14,673 bases of DNA from Gemmatimonadota bacterium (GTDB lineage Bacteria; Gemmatimonadota; Gemmatimonadetes; Gemmatimonadales; GWC2-71-9), in contig JAZDCY010000050.1 of the NCBI GenBank assembly GCA_036679645.1, positions 1 to 14,673 on the forward strand, given 5' to 3'. Positions 6,059 to 14,673 of this stretch are shown here, piece by piece. Within the stretch, counting starts at the first letter, position 1. The number at the start of each line of letters is the position of its first letter. The notes below the pieces were generated by a model. That model saw only the letters and a program-made list of their open reading frames with translations. It was not told the DNA's origin and searched no databases. Position numbers and translations under genes: made by a program.

Positions 6059-9000
6059 CTACCGCCTGATCCCCGCCGCCACCCCCTCCGGCCCCTGGCG
6101 TAACCAGTGCGGCGGGACGAACGGCCGTTCCCGCGGCCACACCTCGTTGAGCGTCTCGCCCTCGTACAGCCGTCCACCCTTCATCACATACAAGATGCGC
6201 ACCGAATTCCGCAGATCCTCCAACGGATCGGCATCGAACACGAGGATGTCCGCCAGCTTGCCCTCCTCGATAGTGCCGAGGTCGGTCCCCAACCCAATGG
6301 CCTCCGCTCCATAGATCGTGGCGGCACGTAACACGTTGTGCGGTGACAGACCGCCCGACCCCAGGGCCCACAACTCCCAGTGGTAGCCCAGGCCCTGCAA
6401 CTGCCCGTGACTCCCCACGCCAATGCGCGCGCTGTCTTCCAACATCGCCCTCACGAACTCGGCGTGTCGCTGGAACACGTACTCCTCCGGCAGGAACCAG
6501 CCACCGCGGCCCGGATTGCCACCGCGGCGCCGGCTACGCGCATCGATGCTCTCTTCGGGTGCAAAGCGACGCAGCTTGGGATCGTCGTGCACGTTCTCGG
6601 TGGTGTAGAAGAAGTTCTCGCCGAACGGCCCGCCGTACGACACGAGCAGTGTCGGCGTGTTGGTGGTCTGGGAAGCCTTGAACAACTCGACCACGTCGTT
6701 GAATATCGGCGTTATCGGCAAGGCGTGCTCGATGCCGGGATAGCCGTCAAGCGCGTGCGTGATATTGAGCCTGAAGTCGAGCCCGCCTTCTGTCGTGGGC
6801 ATCAACTTCAATTCCTTCGCGGCCTGGATGATCCACTGCCGCTGCTGCCGGTTCCCCGACATGTACATCTTGAGCGTGTGCGTGTTGTAGTACTGGCTGT
6901 AACGGCGTAACACGGTCTTTGCGTGCTTGGCGTTGCGAATGTTCTCGGTCAGGAACACGCCCGGTCCCGTCGAGTAGATGCGCGGACCTATCATCCCCCC
7001 AATGTCGATACGATCCTGATAGCTCAATACATCTGTGGATCCGGTCTGTGGATCTCGCGTGGTCGTGACACCGAACGCCAACGTCGTGAGATACTGCCAC
7101 GCCTGCTCGCTGTGGATCTCCGGCACGAGCCACTGCGGGTGGTAGTGCGTGTCCACGAATCCCGGCGTGATGGTCTTGCCGGTGACGTCGATGATCTGGG
7201 CACCCTCGGGGACGTCGACCACTCCCGTGGTACCTACGCCCACGATGCGGTTGTCGGTAATGACGATGTCGGCGTTCTCGATAATCGAGTCTCCCTGCAT
7301 TGTGACCACGCGACCGCCGCGCAACACGATGCTGCCCCGCACGACCTCGCGTGGCAGCTCGACGTCGATCCGCATCTCCGCCGGCTTGTAGCCGGCGGTG
7401 TCCGCCGCCAGGCTGTCCATCCCGGACCGTACCGAATCTGCACGCGCACGAATGACCGCTGCCCGCGCCCGCAACTCGTCGGCAGCACGAATCAACGAGT
7501 CCGCCCGCATCTGCACCGAGTCCGCGGCCAACTGGCTGATACGTTGCGTCAACGAATCGGGGACCACCGCGGAGTCCGCCTTCTCGAGGCTATCCGCCAG
7601 CCCACGCGCGGTCTTGAGGCTGTCGAGCAGGTGCCGGGCCCGCAGCGCCTGTCCGACCGTCTCTCGGGCCGCCTGTTGGGTGCTGTCCTCGATTGCCTCG
7701 ACCCGCGAGAGATCATAGGTGAACAGGGCGTTCCCAATGGACCACCGGATCTGCGTTCCGTCGGCACTCCACGACGGGAACTCGCCGCCCACCTCGGTCA
7801 GTTGCCGCACCAGAACCGGCGCCGCACTCGGTCTGGCCACCGACACGGTGGGAACCGGTACCGTCACTGCCGGCATGTCGATCATGTAGATGTGATTGCC
7901 GACCTGTGCCAACGCCCTCCCACCGGTGGGAGACATCATGACCAATCCCGCCGGCGGTGGGCGCGGGCCCTGTTCGGCCGCTTCCGGGTCCATCACCGAC
8001 GGCTGCAACACCGGTTGGGGGAACACGCGACCCGGGACTACTTCCCACTGCTCCGGATGCGGGTTGCCAAAACCACCCGGTGGTCTGGCACCGCGCACGT
8101 TGAGATGGCGCTTTACATCCGTCCCGTCCCACCTGAACGAGACGAGACCCTCCGACCGGCTGTACGCGTAGATCCGGTTTGGCTGATCTACCCGGAAATG
8201 CGCCACGTCCCGACTGCCGGTGGGCGCGATCAACGTCACGTCGCCACCGCTCGCCGGTACCCAGACGAACTCACCACCCAACGGCCCAAAGAAGACGTCG
8301 GGGGCACTCGTCAGTTGGCGGGCGGCTCCCCGGCTGGCAACGATACGCTGTCCGTCCGGCGACCAGGCGAGGTCGTAGTAGAGCGCCGCCGCACTGGTGA
8401 GTTGCCGCGGGCTGGTCCCGTTGGCGCGCACGCTCATGATGTTCCCGCCCGCCGAGTCATCCCACGTTACGTACGCAAGCGTCGATCCGTCGGGTGACCA
8501 CACGGGGAAGTACTCGCCGATATCCGCGGTCGTGAGACGCCGCGGCTCGCCGCCATCGAGTTGCTGCACCCACAGACGGTCGAAAGCGGTGAACGCGATC
8601 TGCTCGCCGTTGGGTGACGCGACCGGATGCCGGATCTGCCGCGCGGTCACCGTCGCGGATGTATCCACGCGATACTCGAACTTCACTTCCGGCCCGATGG
8701 CGAGTTTGACCTCGGCCTCGAACGGGATGTTCGCAGCGGTGCCTCCGTCGATGGGCACGCGCCAGATCTGGCCGTCGTACGACACGACCACCGAACGTGA
8801 GTCGGGCATGAAGCTGTAGCCCGGCAGCACGTCGAGCGGGGCGCGCGATTCCATGTCGTCCCGTTGCACTGGATACGCCAACCACCGCTCGGCTCCGGTG
8901 TTCAGGTCGCGGATTCGCAGACCCGTCTCCGTGCCGTCACGCGTGCCGAACACCAGCCACCGGCCGTCCGGCGAGATGGCGGGCCGGAACCCCGACCCAT

Positions 9001-9721
9001 AGCGACCGGTCATGCGCGTGGACGTGCCGGTCTCTCGGTCGTACCGATAGAGCTGATACTGCGGGAAGATGGCGTTGTACTGCCAGTCACCGCTCCGCCG
9101 CGCATACCAGATGTGCTGCCCGTCGGGGCTGACCGCCGCACCCATCGTCTTGGCCGACGCCGGGCCGCTGATCACGATCTCCGCGCTCGACCGATGGACG
9201 TTGTAGATCCTGAGCTTGGCCGATCCGCCCAAGCCCCCGGTCCGACTCACCACGATGTGCTCACCGTCCGGCATCCATTCCGGCGAGTAGTACAGACTGG
9301 TGTTACCGCGTGTGACCTGCGTCGTGTCCGTGAAGTCCATACGCAGAGTCCACACGTTGTCGCCGCCGCTCCGGTCGGATACAAAGACGATCGTCTCGCC
9401 GTCGGGACTGAAACGTGGCTGCCCGTCATAGGCGAGGCCTTCGGTGATACGAGTCGCCGTCCCGCCCGCAATTGGTAGCGTGTAGAGATCACCCAACATG
9501 TCAAACACGATGGTCTGACCGTCGGGACTCACGTCCAATGACATCCACGTGCCGCGGGTCGCCGTGAAGTCGGCCGACCGCGCCGCCTCTAACGGCAACG
9601 GCTTTTTCTTGTCGCCACTACCCGGACCTGGCGGGCCCTGCGCGGACAGCGTCGTTACGGCCGCGCCCAACAGTGCGAGACCGGCAACGCTCGAGCGCAG
9701 CGCAATGTGCAGGCGAGTCAT
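6059..9721 (-). CDS. Secreted amidohydrolase family protein with N-terminal PD40/TolB-like beta-propellers (paralog B, about 1220 aa)
   Basis: Start ATG 9721 (MTRLHIALRSS..., GGAGG RBS, signal peptide) overlaps the upstream TGA (ATGA). GTWMSLDVSPDG and P.FSPDG repeats; TITPGFVDTHYH, GVTTTRDP, GPRIYSTG, GIEH, GTIEEGKLADILV. The ORF-track extension to 10165 is spurious. Confidence 0.93.
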   Translation of the reverse strand: MTRLHIALRSSVAGLALLGAAVTTLSAQGPPGPGSGDKKKPLPLEAARSADFTATRGTWMSLDVSPDGQTIVFDMLGDLYTLPIAGGTATRITEGLAYDGQPRFSPDGETIVFVSDRSGGDNVWTLRMDFTDTTQVTRGNTSLYYSPEWMPDGEHIVVSRTGGLGGSAKLRIYNVHRSSAEIVISGPASAKTMGAAVSPDGQHIWYARRSGDWQYNAIFPQYQLYRYDRETGTSTRMTGRYGSGFRPAISPDGRWLVFGTRDGTETGLRIRDLNTGAERWLAYPVQRDDMESRAPLDVLPGYSFMPDSRSVVVSYDGQIWRVPIDGGTAANIPFEAEVKLAIGPEVKFEYRVDTSATVTARQIRHPVASPNGEQIAFTAFDRLWVQQLDGGEPRRLTTADIGEYFPVWSPDGSTLAYVTWDDSAGGNIMSVRANGTSPRQLTSAAALYYDLAWSPDGQRIVASRGAARQLTSAPDVFFGPLGGEFVWVPASGGDVTLIAPTGSRDVAHFRVDQPNRIYAYSRSEGLVSFRWDGTDVKRHLNVRGARPPGGFGNPHPEQWEVVPGRVFPQPVLQPSVMDPEAAEQGPRPPPAGLVMMSPTGGRALAQVGNHIYMIDMPAVTVPVPTVSVARPSAAPVLVRQLTEVGGEFPSWSADGTQIRWSIGNALFTYDLSRVEAIEDSTQQAARETVGQALRARHLLDSLKTARGLADSLEKADSAVVPDSLTQRISQLAADSVQMRADSLIRAADELRARAAVIRARADSVRSGMDSLAADTAGYKPAEMRIDVELPREVVRGSIVLRGGRVVTMQGDSIIENADIVITDNRIVGVGTTGVVDVPEGAQIIDVTGKTITPGFVDTHYHPQWLVPEIHSEQAWQYLTTLAFGVTTTRDPQTGSTDVLSYQDRIDIGGMIGPRIYSTGPGVFLTENIRNAKHAKTVLRRYSQYYNTHTLKMYMSGNRQQRQWIIQAAKELKLMPTTEGGLDFRLNITHALDGYPGIEHALPITPIFNDVVELFKASQTTNTPTLLVSYGGPFGENFFYTTENVHDDPKLRRFAPEESIDARSRRRGGNPGRGGWFLPEEYVFQRHAEFVRAMLEDSARIGVGSHGQLQGLGYHWELWALGSGGLSPHNVLRAATIYGAEAIGLGTDLGTIEEGKLADILVFDADPLEDLRNSVRILYVMKGGRLYEGETLNEVWPRERPFVPPHWLRQGPEGVAAGIRR

Positions 9722-12700
9722 CGTGCACCTCCCCGAATTCCCGCTTCGACAACGGGAGCGACATGACGCCACGGCTCGTCCGGAGCTGCCTGCGCACGCG
9801 GCCAGATCTCGTCTAACGTATCTCCCTCGTACAGCCGTCCGTTCTTCATCACGTACCTTATGGTGTTGGTGTTGCGGATATCGTCCAACGGATTGGCATC
9901 GAGCACGATCAGATCGGCGAGCTTGCCCGACTCGATGGAACCCAGATCGTTGCCCAGCCCAATCGCCTGCGCGCCGAGTATCGTGGCCACACGGAGCGCG
10001 TCGTGATTTTCCATGCCGCCGCTCTGAATGGCCCACAACTCCCAGTGGTACCCGAGCCCCTGGAACTGTCCGTGACTGCCGACGCCGGCGCGCCCGCCGG
10101 CCTCGACGAGTCGCGCTATCCATGCCGCGTGCCTGCGGAAGGCATACTCGTCTTCGTGAAACCATCCGCCCGGACCGGGACCCGGATTTCGCCTTCGCAC
10201 CTTGGCATCGAACTCTTCACTCGGCATGAAATGGCGGATCTTCGCGTCGTTCACGATGTCTTCGTGCGTGTAGAAGTAGTTCTCCGCCCATGGCGCGCCG
10301 TACGACACGAGCAGCGTGGGCGAGTTCGTCGTTCCCGATGTCTTGAACAGCTCGATCACGTCCTCGTACGCCGGGATGATCGGCATCGTGTGCTCGACGC
10401 CGGGATACCCGTCCATCGCATGCGTCATGTTGAGACGATAGTCGAGCCCGCCTTCCGTGGTCGGCATCAACTCGAGTTCGCGCGCGGCCATGATCAACCA
10501 TTGTCGCCGTCGGCGATTGCCGGACATGTACATCTTGAACGTCTTGGTGTCGTAGTAGTCGCTGTAGCGACGCAGCACCCTACGCGCGTGGTCGAGATCC
10601 TCAATGCCCTCCGTCCAGAAGACGCCGGGACCGGTCGAGTAGACGCGGGGACCCGGCATGTATCCCGCCTCCACGCGGTCCGCGTACGACAACACGTCGG
10701 TCGTCGCCGTCTGCGGATCGCGGGTGGTGGTCACACCGTACGCCAAATTGGCGAGGTAGATCCACGGTCGCGTCCAGTGAAGGCCCCAGAGATTCCACAT
10801 GTGCGCGTGCGTATCGACAAAGCCCGGAACGATCGTCTTGCCGGTCACGTCGATCACCTGGGCATCGGCCGGCGCCGAACCGCGTGGGCCGACACTCGCT
10901 ATGCGATTGTTGGTAACCACGACGTCTGCGTTCTCGATCACCTCGGCACCGCGCATCGTCACGACCCGCGCGCCGCGCAGCACGACCGTGCCCTGCGGAA
11001 TATCGCGATTTGCCGTCACCTCAATGCGTCGTTCTTCCGGCCGGTATGTCGTGTCACCGGCAGCGGCGTCGAGTCGATAGGTCACGAACGCGTTCCCAAT
11101 AGACCAGTGCAGCGTGCGTCCGTCCCCGCCCCAGGCGGCGAACTCGCCGCCGATGTCGGTGAGCTTGCGGACCGGCATCGACGCGCTGTCCGGTTTCGTC
11201 ACCATCACCACCGGCACGCCGCCGATCTGCGGCACGGTAACGACGTATACGTCGTTGTTGACCTGCGCCAGCGCGAGGTCGCCTTGCGGCGCCATCATCA
11301 CCAAATCCGCAGGGCGGTGCGGGATGTTCGGCTCGCGACTGTAGTCGCGCGGCATGAGCAGGTCGGAAGTGGGCGACACCTCCCACGCTGCCGGCGTGAT
11401 CGGCAGCCGCCACGTGACCTTCAGGTGTTGTTTGAGATCGGTATTGTCCCACCGGGTCGAGACCAGCGCCACTGGTGGCGGCTGTCCCGGCTGGCGCGGC
11501 CCGCTGGACGGGAGGCGTCCGTAGGAGTAGATGCGGTCGGGGTCGTTCGTGAAGTGAGGGCGAGAGCGGCCGGCCGTCGGGCCGATCACCGTGACGGCGC
11601 CGCCACGTGCGGGAACCCAAACAAACTCCGAGCCTAATCCACTAAAGACGAACGGATCGACGGCCTCCTGCAGGTCCCGTGAGGACGCCCGTATCGCCAC
11701 GATGCGGCCGCCGTCGGGCGACCAGGCGAGCTGCTGGTAGTACGCCGACACCCGGGTGAGCTGTCGCACCCGGCCGCCCGATGCCGAAACCCGCATGATA
11801 TGACCGATCGAATCGTTCCACGTCACGAAGGCAACGTCCTCGCCATCTGGCGACCAGGTCGGGTAATACTCGCCGGTGTTCTGCCCGGTGAGCCGGCTCG
11901 GTGTCCCGTCGGGCAGGTTCATAACGTACAACCGATCGAGCGCGGTGAACGCGACCTGCGAGCCGTCGGGTGACGGCACCGCATCGCGAATCTGCTTCAC
12001 GGTGAAGGTGGCACCGTCGTCCACCGGATAGTCGAACCTCACTTCCGGTCCCACCGCAACTTCGGCGTTGACCGTGAAAGGGATTTTGGTTGGGTCGGTG
12101 CCGTCTATCGGCACATTCCAGATCTCACCGCCATAAGAGATGACGATGGACCGGGAATCTGGCGTGAACGAGTAGCCCGGCAACACGTCCATGTTGGCAA
12201 TGGATTCCTGGTCGTCCCGCTGAATGGGGAACGCGAGCCAGCGCTCCTCGCCCGTCGCGAGTTCGCGAATACGCAAACCCGTTTCGGCGTCATGGCGTGA
12301 GCCGTAGGCCAGCCATGTGCCATCAGGCGAGAGCGCCGGCCGGAACGCCGAACCGTAACGTGAACTCATCGTCGTCCGGGTGGCCGCCTCGCGGTCGTAC
12401 ACCGCGAGTTGATACTGCGGCATGACGGCGTTGTACTGCCACGCACCAGACCGCTGCGCAAACCAGACGTAACGTCCGTCGGCCCCAAAGGCCGGGCCGA
12501 GCATGCGAAGACGACCCGGACCGCCCGCCATCTCGAGGCCGCGGCCGCCGTCAACGTGGTAGAGCCACAGCTTCTCGAGACCGAGCCGCGTGCGTTTTGG
12601 CACTACGACGTAGTTGCCATCAGGCGTCCATTCGGGAGAGAGGTACGAAGCGCCATCGCCGGTGGTAAGCGGCGCCGGATTCCCTCCATCGGCATCGATC

Positions 12701-13053
12701 AGCCACACGTTGTCGTCGCCGCTCCGGTCGGAGACGAACGCGATGCGCGTGCCGTCACGACTGAAGCGTGGTCCCAGGTCGTGGGCAATGCCGTGCGTCA
12801 ATCGCGTGGCCGTGCCACCAGCGATCGGGATCGTGTACAGATCACCGAGCAGGTCGAACACGATGGTCTGCCCATCGGGACTCACGTCCAGGGAAATCCA
12901 CGTCCCTCGAGTCGCAGTGAACCGCGCCCAACGGGCCGGCTCGAGAGGCAGGCCCTGATCGGCTTCCTCCTGGCTCCAGGCAACCTGTGGGAGGGAAATG
13001 GCAAACAGAGGAAGTGCGGCGAGCAACAGACCGCAGCGTCGAGACAACTGCAT
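9718..13053 (-). CDS. Secreted amidohydrolase family protein with N-terminal PD40/TolB-like beta-propellers (paralog A, about 1111 aa)
   Basis: Start ATG 13053 (MQLSRRCGLLLAALPLFA..., GGAG RBS, signal peptide). GTWISLDVSPDG repeats; TIVPGFVDTHAH, GVTTTRDP, GVEH, GSIESGKLADLIVLDANPL. The ORF-track extension to 13941 is antisense to the ABC gene. Confidence 0.93.
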   Translation of the reverse strand: MQLSRRCGLLLAALPLFAISLPQVAWSQEEADQGLPLEPARWARFTATRGTWISLDVSPDGQTIVFDLLGDLYTIPIAGGTATRLTHGIAHDLGPRFSRDGTRIAFVSDRSGDDNVWLIDADGGNPAPLTTGDGASYLSPEWTPDGNYVVVPKRTRLGLEKLWLYHVDGGRGLEMAGGPGRLRMLGPAFGADGRYVWFAQRSGAWQYNAVMPQYQLAVYDREAATRTTMSSRYGSAFRPALSPDGTWLAYGSRHDAETGLRIRELATGEERWLAFPIQRDDQESIANMDVLPGYSFTPDSRSIVISYGGEIWNVPIDGTDPTKIPFTVNAEVAVGPEVRFDYPVDDGATFTVKQIRDAVPSPDGSQVAFTALDRLYVMNLPDGTPSRLTGQNTGEYYPTWSPDGEDVAFVTWNDSIGHIMRVSASGGRVRQLTRVSAYYQQLAWSPDGGRIVAIRASSRDLQEAVDPFVFSGLGSEFVWVPARGGAVTVIGPTAGRSRPHFTNDPDRIYSYGRLPSSGPRQPGQPPPVALVSTRWDNTDLKQHLKVTWRLPITPAAWEVSPTSDLLMPRDYSREPNIPHRPADLVMMAPQGDLALAQVNNDVYVVTVPQIGGVPVVMVTKPDSASMPVRKLTDIGGEFAAWGGDGRTLHWSIGNAFVTYRLDAAAGDTTYRPEERRIEVTANRDIPQGTVVLRGARVVTMRGAEVIENADVVVTNNRIASVGPRGSAPADAQVIDVTGKTIVPGFVDTHAHMWNLWGLHWTRPWIYLANLAYGVTTTRDPQTATTDVLSYADRVEAGYMPGPRVYSTGPGVFWTEGIEDLDHARRVLRRYSDYYDTKTFKMYMSGNRRRRQWLIMAARELELMPTTEGGLDYRLNMTHAMDGYPGVEHTMPIIPAYEDVIELFKTSGTTNSPTLLVSYGAPWAENYFYTHEDIVNDAKIRHFMPSEEFDAKVRRRNPGPGPGGWFHEDEYAFRRHAAWIARLVEAGGRAGVGSHGQFQGLGYHWELWAIQSGGMENHDALRVATILGAQAIGLGNDLGSIESGKLADLIVLDANPLDDIRNTNTIRYVMKNGRLYEGDTLDEIWPRAQAAPDEPWRHVAPVVEAGIRGGAR

Positions 13054-13332
13054 GGCAAAACTCCGCAGCGTGTGGGTACCGGATTGGGCTTTCGAATTGA
13101 AACGTGGGCCTACGGGTGGCGACAACCGACAGTCAGGATCGTGCATTGTGAACGCGCGAGGCCAATATGTGGATGGTGCCGTCAGCATGGGCAGAAAGAT
13201 GCATTGGGGGGCGGATGGTCGCGAGGTGCCGTCTTGGATTCCCCGAAGACACCGGAAAGTTCCTCCAGATCCGCATCTGGGACTCAGGAGTCTGAGAACC
13301 GAGTGTCCCTGCCAATCCCGGCTACCGACAAC

Positions 13333-13375
13333 TGAACGCCTGAGCGCCTGAGCGCCTGAGCGTCTGAGCGTCTGA
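13333..13375 (+). repeat. Octamer tandem repeat (TGAGCGYC) x5 in the divergent intergenic region
   Basis: tgaacgcc tgagcgcc tgagcgcc tgagcgtc tgagcgtc tga. Confidence 0.85.
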
Positions 13376-13420
13376 CAGGGTACGCGAGTAACCTGGCAAC
13401 CGTTTATCTTCCCTCCTCCA

Positions 13421-14673
13421 GTGCCTTCAACCGATCCCGGCTTGTCCACGAAACCAAAGATCTCGGGCGCGAGTCTGCGGCACGCGTTCTGGGAGATCAT
13501 CTGGCCGCGACGCACGCTCATCGCGATCGGGCTCCTTCTGATCCTCATCAACCGGCTCAGCGGCCTCGTGCTGCCCGCATCGAGCCGGTACCTCGTCGAC
13601 AACGTCGTGGCCGGCGGCGACGGGGGGATGCTGTTCAAGCTGCTGGGCCTCGTGGCCGTTGCGGTGACGATCCAGGCGATCACGTCGTTCGCGCTCACCA
13701 TGATGCTGAGCGTCGAGGCGCAGCATCTCATCGCCAACCTGCGCGCGCAGGTACAGAAACACGTCCTGCAGCTCCCCATCCGGGTCTTCGACAACCGCAA
13801 GACCGGTGAGCTGGTATCGCGCATCATGGATGACGTCGAAGGCGTGCGGAACCTCGTCGGCACGGGCCTGGTGCAGCTCGTGGGCGGCACGGTCACCGCT
13901 GTAGTGGCGCTGGTCTTTCTCATCCGCATCGATCCGCTCATGACGTTGCTCGCACTCGGGCCGCTCGCGGCATTCGCGTTCGTCTCGACCCGGGCGTTTC
14001 AGACACTCCGACCCGCGTTTCGCGAGCGCGGAGCTATCCGCGCGGAAGTCACCGGCCGGCTCACCGAGACGATCGGCGGCATCCGCGTGATCAAGGGGTT
14101 CCACGCGGTCGAGAGGGAGTCCCAGGTGTTCGAGGCAGGGGTGATGCGCATCCTGGACAACGTGCGCACCACGCTCAAGGCATCAAGCTGGGTCACGAGC
14201 CTCGGAACGTTTTTCCTGGGGCTCGCGAGCGTGCTGATTCTGGGTCAGGGCGGCCGGCTCATCCTGCGGGGCACCCTGACGGTGGGCGAGTTGTTCTCGT
14301 TCATTCTCTTTCTCGGTTTCTTGATTGCGCCGGTGCTTCAGATGGCGAACATCGGGACACAGATGACCGAAGCGTTCGCGGGCCTCGACCGTACGGCGGA
14401 GCTACTTTCGTGGCCCAAAGAGGACGATGACCCGAAACGCACCAAAATCATGCCGCAAATCCGCGGCGACGTCTGTTTCGAGGACGTGCACTTCCGCTAC
14501 GAGGAGGACAAGCCGGTGCTGCAGGGCATTTCGTTCGACGCGCCTGCCGGCACCGTGCTCGCACTGGTTGGGAGTTCGGGTTCAGGCAAGACGACGCTCG
14601 CGAGCCTTGCCGCAACCTTTCTGCAACCCGACTCGGGCCGCGTACTCGTGGATGGTATCGATCTGAGTGAGGT
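13421..14673 (+). CDS. ABC transporter fused permease/ATP-binding protein (MsbA/MdlB-like exporter); runs off the right edge
   Basis: Absent from the ORF track. Open frame from GTG 13421 (or TTG 13442): ...AFWEIIWPRRTLIAIGLLLILINRLSGLVLP...FDNRKTGELVSRIMDDVEGVRNLVGTG...; Walker A ALVGSSGSGKTT at 14561-14596. Confidence 0.93.
   Translation, partial: MPSTDPGLSTKPKISGASLRHAFWEIIWPRRTLIAIGLLLILINRLSGLVLPASSRYLVDNVVAGGDGGMLFKLLGLVAVAVTIQAITSFALTMMLSVEAQHLIANLRAQVQKHVLQLPIRVFDNRKTGELVSRIMDDVEGVRNLVGTGLVQLVGGTVTAVVALVFLIRIDPLMTLLALGPLAAFAFVSTRAFQTLRPAFRERGAIRAEVTGRLTETIGGIRVIKGFHAVERESQVFEAGVMRILDNVRTTLKASSWVTSLGTFFLGLASVLILGQGGRLILRGTLTVGELFSFILFLGFLIAPVLQMANIGTQMTEAFAGLDRTAELLSWPKEDDDPKRTKIMPQIRGDVCFEDVHFRYEEDKPVLQGISFDAPAGTVLALVGSSGSGKTTLASLAATFLQPDSGRVLVDGIDLSE

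Noticed and set aside
2840..13335. Long plus-strand ORFs (2840-4003, 6923-8497, 10003-11637, 12409-13335)
   Set aside because: Antisense shadows of GC-rich minus-strand genes with no recognisable motifs.
9722..13941. Long N-terminal extensions of the amidohydrolases (to 10165 and 13941)
   Set aside because: They overlap real genes; signal peptides and RBS place the starts at 9721 and 13053.

Overview
GC-rich bacterial window; gene content suggests Gemmatimonadota (inference). Ordinary genes: a partial M28 carboxypeptidase (-), an LVIVD-repeat lipoprotein split by a 1-nt frameshift, a DUF305 lipoprotein, two tandem secreted PD40 beta-propeller/amidohydrolase paralogs (all -), and a partial ABC exporter (+). 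The unusual part is 755-2955. A structurally intact class II tRNA has a tRNA-Leu body (long variable arm, A73, A15:U48, no G3:U70) but an Ala anticodon (CGC). About 85 nt downstream is a putative ~66-nt small RNA with its own sigma70-type promoter and hairpin, whose 5' half is antisense to the tRNA's anticodon arm, D-arm and 5' acceptor strand. Beyond an intervening GHKL ATPase gene there is a second, homologous promoter-sRNA-hairpin unit behind a 3'-only tRNA remnant, and this sRNA shows the other common Ala codon (GCC). The layout suggests a mistranslating-tRNA/antisense-RNA module, possibly an RNA-only toxin-antitoxin or tunable Ala-to-Leu recoding system. The complementarity is seen directly; the function is inferred.
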